NCBI GenBank assembly: GCA_053919585.1
Contig: JBSSHM010000269.1
DNA length: 64,000 bases
Direction: 5' to 3' (one strand)
Origin: Euprymna scolopes
Taxonomy: Eukaryota
In this document: positions 55,383-64,000 of the stretch, one piece after another
How the letters are laid out: each line of letters opens with the position of its first letter
Numbering within the stretch: position 1 is the first letter of the stretch
Program-made: the position numbers and the translations under genes
Notes under the pieces: generated by a model
The model's database searches: none
The model's input: only the letters and a program-made list of their open reading frames with translations
Told to the model about the DNA's origin: nothing

Positions 55383-57149
55383 TTGTTTGACAGATTTAGG
55401 TAAGATGGTTTTTATATGCAATTCTCTCAATTGCTTATCAGAAATTGTTGCCGGAGCATTGGTTAATAAACACGTCGCTGATTGCGTTTTAGGAAAAGCA
55501 ATCACATCTCGAATACTTTCTGCACCTGCCAACAGCATAATTAGACGATCAATGCCAAATGCCATACCACAGTGTGGCGGTGCACCATAGCGCAAACCAT
55601 CAATCAAAAACCCAAACTCCTCCCTTGCCTGTTCCATATTAATACCTAATTTTTCTAAAACAGCAAATTGCATCTTTGGTTGGTGAATACGTACCGAACC
55701 ACCTCCTACTTCATAACCATTAATAACCATATCATATGCCTGTGAAAGTATTTGGGGATTATTTTGTAATTCTTCAAGCCCTCCAGATGGTGCCGTAAAT
55801 GGATGATGCAGTGCTGAGTACTCACCTGTTTTATCATCCACCTCAAACATTGGGAAATCATTCACCCATAATACCTCCCAATCACTTTTTATCAAATTCA
55901 AATCTTTACCTATTTTTACCCTAAGTGCCCCCAAAGATTGATTAACAATAGAATGATGGTCTGCTCCAAAGAAAATCAAATCTCCATCTTTTGCTTTGGC
56001 ACGCTCAACCACAGACAACGCTACATCTGGAAAAAATTTAATAATTGGTGACTGCAATCCATCTATTCCTTGTGATAAATCATTGACCTTAATGTATGCC
56101 AATCCCTTAGCACCATATAAACCCACAAACTCCGTATATTCATCAATTTCTTTACGTGAAAGCTCTCCACCTTTAGGAATATTCATTGCTGTAATACGAC
56201 CTTTTTCATTATTGGCAACGCTAGCAAACACCTTAAAGTCTGTGTTCACAAATAAATCTCCAACATCTACCAACTCCAAAGGTATTCTCAAATCAGGTCT
56301 ATCCGTACCAAAACGTCTCATGCTTTCTGCATAGGAAATCACCGGTAATGATGCTGGCAAACTCACGCCTAAATGTGTGCTAAAAACTTCTCGCACCATG
56401 GCCTCCATTAACTGCATGAAATCCTCTTGTGTGAAAAAAGAAACCTCTATATCTAATTGGGTAAATTCAGGCTGACGATCTGCTCGCAAATCCTCATCAC
56501 GAAAACAGCGGACTACCTGAAAATATTTCTCTATCCCACCAATCATCAATAGTTGTTTAAACAACTGTGGTGATTGTGGCAAAGCAAAAAATTGTCCTGT
56601 ATTAACTCGACTAGGCACCACATAATCTCTAGCACCTTCCGGAGTGGAGCGAGTAAGAAAAGGAGTTTCAATCTCAAGAAATTCATTATTTTGCAAAAAC
56701 TCTCGCATCTGCTGGACCACTCGACTGCGTAGAATAATATTTTTTTGCAACTCTTGACGACGCAAATCTAAATACCGATAACGCAAACGCACATCCTCAT
56801 TCACTGCATCCGTTAATTGAAAAGGCAACGCATCGGCAAGATTCAATAACTTTAAGTCTTTAGCGAGTACTTCGACTGCCCCAGATACTAAATTCTCATT
56901 GATCGTTCCCTCTGGACGTTCTCTTACTATCCCCTCAATCCATACTACCGATTCCGTACGCATATGCTCAGCGATGGAGAAAATCTCTGGCGTATCTGGG
57001 TCTACAACAACTTGACACACGCCTTTACGATCACGCAAATCAATAAAAATCACACCACCATGGTCACGACATGTTGCCACCCAGCCACACAACTGAACCG
57101 TTTTATCAATCAATTTTTTATCTACTTCTCCACAACAATTGGTACGCAT
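55380..57149 (-). CDS. aspS: aspartate--tRNA ligase (non-discriminating signature)
   Basis: RDHGG, TPEGARDY, ALPQSPQLFKQ, FRDEDLRADRQPEF. Confidence 0.98.
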   Translation of the reverse strand: MRTNCCGEVDKKLIDKTVQLCGWVATCRDHGGVIFIDLRDRKGVCQVVVDPDTPEIFSIAEHMRTESVVWIEGIVRERPEGTINENLVSGAVEVLAKDLKLLNLADALPFQLTDAVNEDVRLRYRYLDLRRQELQKNIILRSRVVQQMREFLQNNEFLEIETPFLTRSTPEGARDYVVPSRVNTGQFFALPQSPQLFKQLLMIGGIEKYFQVVRCFRDEDLRADRQPEFTQLDIEVSFFTQEDFMQLMEAMVREVFSTHLGVSLPASLPVISYAESMRRFGTDRPDLRIPLELVDVGDLFVNTDFKVFASVANNEKGRITAMNIPKGGELSRKEIDEYTEFVGLYGAKGLAYIKVNDLSQGIDGLQSPIIKFFPDVALSVVERAKAKDGDLIFFGADHHSIVNQSLGALRVKIGKDLNLIKSDWEVLWVNDFPMFEVDDKTGEYSALHHPFTAPSGGLEELQNNPQILSQAYDMVINGYEVGGGSVRIHQPKMQFAVLEKLGINMEQAREEFGFLIDGLRYGAPPHCGMAFGIDRLIMLLAGAESIRDVIAFPKTQSATCLLTNAPATISDKQLRELHIKTILPKSVKQ

Positions 57150-57171
57150 ATTTACTTAATTTTTCCTAAAT

Positions 57172-57851
57172 TCATTTTTTACTGTTTGTGATCTTCATCA
57201 TTCTTATTTTGAATCTCCCCTTCTGGCACAAAATTCCTCCCGAAACAATCATTTTCAGTGCATCATCCACACCCATCTGCAATTCAACTAATTCATCTCG
57301 ATTAGCAATAATATAGTAGCCTGAGGTAGGATTAGGGGTGGTTGGCACAAAAAGATTAACATACTGTAACTCCTTTTCTACTTGAGTCATTTCTTTATCA
57401 TGAGAAGCTTCTCTCTCCATAATGTAGTAATGTGGCTCACCGACAAGGCTACTCGTTTCAAAACCCACAGTCCAAATCCCTTTACGAGGATATTCCAACA
57501 AAAAAACTTTCTTAAACCCGTTTTTCCTGATATAAAAATAGCTTCTGTCATTTGCTTGATACCACGATAAAAAGTTCTTATTCCTGGTATTTTCCCCAAC
57601 AAATTCTCCCAAAATTCAACCAAACGGTTACCAAAATAATTCGAAACAAGATGCCCAGTAATATAAATAACAACCATAATAACAAACAAACTCAAGCCCG
57701 GAATCTCAAAGCCAAACAATTGCTCCGGCTGATACTGATACGGCACAAACAACCATACCTTATCAAAAAAACCAAATAAAAAATGAACAATAAAAAAAGT
57801 TCCACCTACGGGAACCCAAAATAATAACCCTGCTATAATTTTTGTCTTCAT
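57172..57851 (-). CDS. DUF502 family protein (frameshift near 57515)
   Basis: AGLLFWVP, IPG, KIPGIRTFY..IKQ, LEYPRKGIW, VNLFVPTTPNPTSGY. Confidence 0.88.
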
Positions 57852-58159
57852 AATACTCCAATACTCCAACAATGCTTATAATTCAAAAAATACATTTAAA
57901 ACACTCCTTATAATTTTAACCTTAGTTGAGTTCTTTACATCAATCATTATTTCGTAGTTTTACACGAAACCAATAAGACACACATAACTCTAAATTTTCT
58001 TGAAAAATACCCTTATCCTTGTGTTTTTTCCTATATCGCAAATATAATTAGTAAATCAGTTAGGATTTGCGTTAATAATACTTCTTCGTAGAAGGGGACT
58101 TAATATCATTACTACGAGACTAAAAAATTTAAAAAACAATATTTCATATTTCCATAAAC

Positions 58160-60097
58160 TTGTCAGAAAATCAGATTCTAATCACCTTACCTGATGGGGC
58201 AACTCGCTCCCTCTCCAGTCCAACCTCTCTTCAACACATTGCTAAAGATATTAGCTCTGGGTTGTCTCGTTCTGTGGTATGCGGAAAAGTTAATCAAAAC
58301 TTACATGATTTATGCGACCAAATTGACAATGATGCACATATCACCTTATATAAAGTTACGGATAAAGAAGGTTTAGAGGTTGTACGTCATTCCTGTGCTC
58401 ACCTATTGGGACATGCCTTAAAACAACTCTATCCACATGCACAAATGGCAATTGGTCCTGTCATTGAAGATGGATTTTATTACGATATTGATTTAGATAT
58501 CCAACTTACCCCTGAAGATCTCAGAAAAATTGAACAGCGTATGGTAAAACTTGTTAAAACCGCCTACGCAGTAGAGAAAAAAATGACTCCTAGAAAAAAA
58601 GCTATTGAGCTTTTCAAACAGCGTGGAGAACATTATAAAGTGCTTTTATTAGAGGATATTACAGATGATGAAGTTGGTTTATATTATCATCAAGAGTATA
58701 TTGATTTGTGTCGTGGGCCACATGTGCCAAATATTCGTTTTTGCAAGGCTTTTAAGCTCACTCACCTTGCTGGTGCTTACTGGCGTGGCAATGCAAAAAA
58801 CAAGATGCTACAACGTATCTATGGCACAGCATGGGAAAATACTCAAGCATTGGAACATCACTTAGTCATGCTTGCTGAAGCAGAAAAAAGAGATCATAGA
58901 AAACTAGGGAAAAGACTGGATTTATTCCATTTACAAGAAGAATCACCTGGTATGGCATTTTGGCATAAAAAAGGCTGGACGCTCTTTCAATTAATGGAAC
59001 AATATATGCGCCAAAAAATCCATGAATATGGTTATCAGGAAATCCGCACTCCTCAAGTCTTAGATCGCACTTTATGGGAAAAATCGGGACATTGGGACAA
59101 ATTTAGTGAAAACATGTTCACTACCCATACAGAAAACAGAGATTATGCCGTTAAACCAATGAATTGCCCTGGTCATGTACAGGTATATAACCAAGCATTG
59201 TACAGTTATCGAGACTTACCTTTGCGCCTTGCTGAATTTGGATTATGCCATCGTAATGAACCCTCTGGCACATTACATGGCTTGATGCGTGTTCGCTCGT
59301 TTACCCAAGATGATGCACATATTTTCTGCACTCCAGAACAAATTCAAGAAGAAGTACAAGGATGCATTGATATGGTATTTGATGTTTATCAAGACTTTGG
59401 ATTTGATAAAATCTCTATTAAGCTATCTACTAGACCTGAGCAACGTGTAGGCAGTGACCAAGTATGGGATTTGGCTGAAAATATCCTCATCAAAATTTTA
59501 GATAAAAAATATGAATGGGAGTTACAAGAAGGTGAAGGTGCATTTTATGGACCAAAAATTGAATTTACCTTAACCGATGCCATTGGAAGAAAGTGGCAAT
59601 GCGGAACTGTACAATTAGATTTTTCCATGCCAGAAAGACTTGATGCACACTATATTGATACAGAAAGCAACAAACAAGTTCCTATTATGATTCATCGTGC
59701 TATTTTAGGATCATTGGAACGTTTTATAGGTATTCTTATTGAGCAGTACGAAGGAAATTTGCCCTTATGGCTTGCCCCTACTCAAGCAGTAGTCATCAAT
59801 ATTTCAGATACTCATAAAGACTATGCACAAGCAATCGTAAATAAACTCTCACAAATAGGCATACGTACAGAAAATGACTTTAGAAACGAAAAAATTGGAT
59901 ACAAAATTCGTGAACATACCATGCAAAAAATACCCCTTATATTAATTGTTGGTGATAAAGAAGTCAGCAACAAGACTGTTGCATTACGATTACGAAATGG
60001 AGAAGATAAAGGCAGTTATAAAATTGATGATTTATGTACAAAAATTCTACAGACAATCAAAGAAAAAAGCCTTGCCGATCTTTCCACCCATTTCTAA
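58160..60097 (+). CDS. thrS: threonine--tRNA ligase
   Basis: [47 protein letters not shown]. Confidence 0.98.
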   Translation: MSENQILITLPDGATRSLSSPTSLQHIAKDISSGLSRSVVCGKVNQNLHDLCDQIDNDAHITLYKVTDKEGLEVVRHSCAHLLGHALKQLYPHAQMAIGPVIEDGFYYDIDLDIQLTPEDLRKIEQRMVKLVKTAYAVEKKMTPRKKAIELFKQRGEHYKVLLLEDITDDEVGLYYHQEYIDLCRGPHVPNIRFCKAFKLTHLAGAYWRGNAKNKMLQRIYGTAWENTQALEHHLVMLAEAEKRDHRKLGKRLDLFHLQEESPGMAFWHKKGWTLFQLMEQYMRQKIHEYGYQEIRTPQVLDRTLWEKSGHWDKFSENMFTTHTENRDYAVKPMNCPGHVQVYNQALYSYRDLPLRLAEFGLCHRNEPSGTLHGLMRVRSFTQDDAHIFCTPEQIQEEVQGCIDMVFDVYQDFGFDKISIKLSTRPEQRVGSDQVWDLAENILIKILDKKYEWELQEGEGAFYGPKIEFTLTDAIGRKWQCGTVQLDFSMPERLDAHYIDTESNKQVPIMIHRAILGSLERFIGILIEQYEGNLPLWLAPTQAVVINISDTHKDYAQAIVNKLSQIGIRTENDFRNEKIGYKIREHTMQKIPLILIVGDKEVSNKTVALRLRNGEDKGSYKIDDLCTKILQTIKEKSLADLSTHF

Positions 60098-60146
60098 AAC
60101 CTTTTGAATTTCTTCTTACTATTATTTACTAAACACAGGAGCGCTT

Positions 60147-60709
60147 TTGAAAAGAAAAAGACAAACTAAACGAGCAGAAAAAATTGAAATTCCAGTTGCT
60201 CGCACAAATCAAAAAATTAATTGCACAGAAATCCGTTTACTCAATCAGGATGGTTCTCAGCATGGCATCATTAGTACAACAGAAGCCATAAAAATGGCAG
60301 AGCAGCAAGAATTAGACCTAGTTGAAATCTATGCCAAAGCAGAGCCACCTGTGTGTAAAATAATGAACTATAGCAAATATGTATTTGATGCAACTAAAAA
60401 GAAAATTCAAGCAAAAAAAAGTGTTAAACAGGCTGAGCAAAAACCATTAAACTTCGTCCCAATACCAGCGATGGCGATTATGAAATAAAAAAACGAAAAG
60501 TATTAGAATTCTTGGACAAAGGACATCGAATTAAAATTATTGTGTGGTTTAAGGGCAGAGAAATGGCACACCAAGAGCTTGGCATGAGTATGTTAGATAA
60601 AATCAAAACAGATATTGAAGAGTTCGTGCGCATTGATGATGAACCAAAATTAGAAGGAAGGCAGGTTAGTATGTCCATATCACCTCTGACTACTAAAAAA
60701 ACAAAATAA
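60147..60709 (+). CDS. infC: translation initiation factor IF-3 (TTG start; frameshift near 60445)
   Basis: LDLVEI...EPPVCKIMNY; then IKLRPNT..GDYEIK, FKGREMAH, PKLEGRQ. Confidence 0.94.
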
Positions 60710-60741
60710 TAAAAAAGACAACAAAGACGCAAAGATAGAAA

Positions 60742-61674
60742 ATGAGTAAAACACCTAATTTTGCTGACCGTGAAGGATGGATTTGGCTGGATGGTCAGTT
60801 TGTTGACTGGAAAGAAGCAAAAATACACGTTCTCACCCACACTTTACACTATGGAATGGGAGTTTTTGAAGGAGTACGTGCCTATGAAACCAATCAAGGA
60901 CCGGCTATTTTTCGTCTATCAGAACATACTCAACGGTTATTAAATTCTGCGAAAATCCTTGGTATGAATAGTCCCTATGATGCCAAAACACTTAATGAGG
61001 CACAACAAACAATTGTTAAGAAAAATGGACTGCGATCAGCCTATATTCGTCCGATGCTTTTCTATGGTTCTGAAGGTATGGGATTACGTGCAGACAACTT
61101 ACAAGTACACACGATGATTGCTGCTTGGTCTTGGGGAAGTTACCTTGGCGAAGAGAATATAAAGAAGGGAATACGCATTAAAACCTCATCATACTCTCGT
61201 CACCATGTGAACGTTACTCTCTGCCGAGCTAAGGCAAATGGCAATTATATGAACTCAATGCTTGCCTTACAAGAAGCTCTTAGAGACGGTTATGACGAAG
61301 CACTATTATTAGATGTTAACGGCTTTGTCATGGAAGGTTCAGGAGAAAACTTTTTTATTGTCTGTGATAACAAACTCTACACTCCAGAACTGACTTCATG
61401 CTTAGATGGTATTACACGCAAAACGGTCATAAAATTTGCTGAAGATAACAACATTGAAGTCATTGAAAAACCCATCACCCGAGACGAAGTCTATGTCGCT
61501 GATGAAGCATTTTTCACCGGAACTGCAGCAGAAGTGACCCCTATTAGAGAACTTGATGGTCGACAAATTGGATGCGGGAGTCGTGGTCCAATTACAGAAA
61601 AATTACAAAGCCTATATTTTGAAGTAGTAGAAGGAAAAAATAAACATTATACAGATTGGTTAACCTATGTATAA
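60742..61674 (+). CDS. ilvE: branched-chain amino acid aminotransferase
   Basis: HTLHYGMGVFEG, AKANGNY, EGSGENFF, LDGITR, GTAAEVTP. Confidence 0.97.
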   Translation: MSKTPNFADREGWIWLDGQFVDWKEAKIHVLTHTLHYGMGVFEGVRAYETNQGPAIFRLSEHTQRLLNSAKILGMNSPYDAKTLNEAQQTIVKKNGLRSAYIRPMLFYGSEGMGLRADNLQVHTMIAAWSWGSYLGEENIKKGIRIKTSSYSRHHVNVTLCRAKANGNYMNSMLALQEALRDGYDEALLLDVNGFVMEGSGENFFIVCDNKLYTPELTSCLDGITRKTVIKFAEDNNIEVIEKPITRDEVYVADEAFFTGTAAEVTPIRELDGRQIGCGSRGPITEKLQSLYFEVVEGKNKHYTDWLTYV

Positions 61675-61692
61675 AACATAATCTTATTCTTC

Positions 61693-61920
61693 ATGCAAAC
61701 TGTATATGCCCTATCTAAAGATGACTTACCTGCACATTGTCCACCGGATGGTGTCCCCCTATGGAATGCACATCCAAAAATTTATTTAACATTAAACAAT
61801 AAACATCCCAATGCACAGTGTCCTTACTGTGGCAGTCAGTTTATTTTAAAAGAAAAAGAATCCTCAGATCCCGTACCCACCACAATTATCAAACGTTATC
61901 CAAAACCTAATCTTTCGTGA
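61693..61920 (+). CDS. zinc-finger (CHCC-type) protein
   Basis: CP....LWNAHPKIYL....CPYCG. Confidence 0.85.
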   Translation: MQTVYALSKDDLPAHCPPDGVPLWNAHPKIYLTLNNKHPNAQCPYCGSQFILKEKESSDPVPTTIIKRYPKPNLS

Positions 61921-63400
61921 TTCCACAAAACTCACCTGTTGATTTTTCATCTGCCAAAATTTTAGTCATTGGTGATGTAATGTTGGACCAATATTGGTAT
62001 GGTAAAAGTACTCGCTTATCCCCAGAATCTCCTATTCCAATTGTACATTTTCAACATAAAGAGATAAAAGTTGGTGGGGCAGCAAATGTTGCTGCTAATA
62101 TCCAATCACTTGGTGCTCAAGTCTCTCTTCTTGGTATTGCTGGCAAAGATAATAATGGGAACTCCCTCCTCTCTCTTTTAAAAGAACAAAAAATTAATCA
62201 CCATATCGTTCAACATCAAGACGTTACCACCATCACCAAAACTCGTGTTGTAGCAAATAAGCAACAGATTGTACGCATTGATGAAGAACAATCCATATCA
62301 CCTGAATATCTTAAAGAACTCTACCAACGCTATCAAAAAATGATAGTAGACTATGATGTCATTGTATTATCTGATTATCTAAAAGGTACTCTTTTTAATC
62401 CACAAGAACTATCAAATCGGCAAACCAAGCTAATAAAATTGTATTAGTTGACCCCAAGGGTACAGACTACTCTATTTATAAAAATGCCTTCTGCATCACA
62501 CCTAATAGTAAAGAACTCGCCATGGCATGTCGACAAGTCATAAACTCTGAAACAGATATTATGATGCACATGGAAACACTTGCTAACTCATTAAATTTAC
62601 AAGCATTGTTTACTGACAAGAGGACCTAAAGGCATGACTTTGTGGCAAAGACCACAAAATAACCAAAGTTATCCTATTATCAATATTCCCACACAAGCTA
62701 AATCTGTGTATGATGTAGTGGAGCTGGTGATACCGTTATTGCCACACTTGCTTGTGGAATTGCCAAACTTACCGATACAAGCAGTATTGAAAAGCGTAGC
62801 CATATCCTACAAGAGAGTGTGCATTATGCTAATCAAGCAGCTGGTATTTCTGTGGCACAAATAGGCTCCTACTCAGTATCAATTGACGAGCTCAACCACT
62901 TATACATTCGTCAACATGCGAAATATTTAAGTAATACAAAAAACCTGAAACAAGTGATTAGTCTACTGAAATCACAAAATAAAACTATCGTTTTCACCAA
63001 TGGCTGTTTTGACATCCTACATTCTGGACATGTGCAATGTATAGAAGAAGCTGCAAAATTAGGCAATCAATTGATTGTTGCCCTTAACTCTGATGCTTCA
63101 GTCAAAAGGCTAAAAGGGAAGAATCGTCCAATTAATACCCTCATGGATAGAGTAGATGTACTTTGTGCATTAAATTCTGTAGATTGGGTAGTTGATTTTG
63201 GCGATAATCCAGAAGACAATGACACACCAATCAACCTTATTAAAATGATCCGACCGGATATTCTCGTGAAAGGAAGTGATTACAACGACAACACCATTAT
63301 TGGAGCTGATCATGTTAAAAGTTATGGTGGTAAAGTTCGCACAGTAGAACTTAAAAAAGGTTATTCCAGTACTCAAGTTATCAACTCATTGAATAACTGA
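61917..63400 (+). CDS. hldE: bifunctional heptose 7-P kinase / 1-P adenylyltransferase (several frameshifts)
   Basis: GDVMLDQY, RLSPESP, GGAANVA, VDPKG, ITPN, GAGDTVIA, VFTNGCFDILHSGH, ALNSDASV. Confidence 0.93.
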
Positions 63401-63505
63401 TTTCTCAACAATACCAGCTAGCTGACATAGCAATACCATCAGAAAAAGTTCTAAACATATAAATATAAACATGAACGATATATAAAATAAAATTCAACAT
63501 TCATT

Positions 63506-64000
63506 ATGATTATTATTACAGGAGGAGCAGGATTTATTGGTAGCAATCTAGCTCTTGCATTAAATAAAAGAGGAATTGATGATATTCTTATCGTCGACAA
63601 TCTCACTATTGGAAAAAAATTTATCAATCTTTCCTCCACTAAAATAGCAGATTTTATGGATTTAGATGATTTTAGACAAAGAATTTTTCACAATAATTTG
63701 CCCAATATTGACGTAATTTTTCATCTTGGTGCCTGCTCAGATACTACCGAGTGGAATGGTAAATACATGATGGAAAATAATTATCAAGTGAGTAAAGAGC
63801 TGTTTATTTGGTGTCAACAACAATCAATCCCTTACATCTACGCTTCCAGTGCCTCGGTTTATGGAGATGGTACAAAAGGCTTCTCTGAAAACATTGAATG
63901 TGAAAAACCATTAAATGTATATGCCTATTCTAAGTGGTTATTTGATCAATGGGTACGTAGACAAAAGCTTTCCTCTCAAGTCGTTGGATTACGTTACTTT
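63506..64000 (+). CDS. hldD: ADP-L-glycero-D-manno-heptose 6-epimerase (runs off window)
   Basis: MIIITGGAGFIGSNL, FHLGACSDTTEWNGKYMMENNY, YASSASVYG, PLNVYAYSK. Confidence 0.96.
   Translation, partial: MIIITGGAGFIGSNLALALNKRGIDDILIVDNLTIGKKFINLSSTKIADFMDLDDFRQRIFHNNLPNIDVIFHLGACSDTTEWNGKYMMENNYQVSKELFIWCQQQSIPYIYASSASVYGDGTKGFSENIECEKPLNVYAYSKWLFDQWVRRQKLSSQVVGLRYF

Overview
AT-rich gammaproteobacterial chromosome segment, almost entirely housekeeping genes in heavily shuffled order: murC, parC, gluQ, purM/purN, aroA-cmk-trkAH, fbp-rnd-waaC-kdsB-kdnB, coaD-rsmD-M16 peptidase pair, ftsYEX-hemH, proS-pgpA-rplM-rpsI, fabI-aroQ, leuS-lptE-holA-glmU, rep, rpmH-rnpA-yidC-mnmE, a Gld-like ABC module, ddl, htpX, aspS, thrS-infC-ilvE and hldE-hldD. 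About ten genes, several essential, carry single-base indels mostly in homopolymers, so these breaks are most likely sequencing errors. I saw no tRNA, rRNA, CRISPR array or intact mobile element. Best leads: (1) PurM fused to a degenerate PurD (GARS) N-terminal domain; (2) a kdnB-kdsB-waaC LPS unit with no adjacent kdnA; (3) a ~58-nt promoter-to-terminator RNA with an exposed anti-Shine-Dalgarno motif between rpsI and fabI; (4) four small toxin-antitoxin-like islets at gene junctions in different states of decay, parts of which the ORF track misses; (5) an uncharacterised GldA/GldFG/DUF4340 exporter and a hydrolase-fold/thioredoxin fusion. All family calls are from motif recognition, not database searches.
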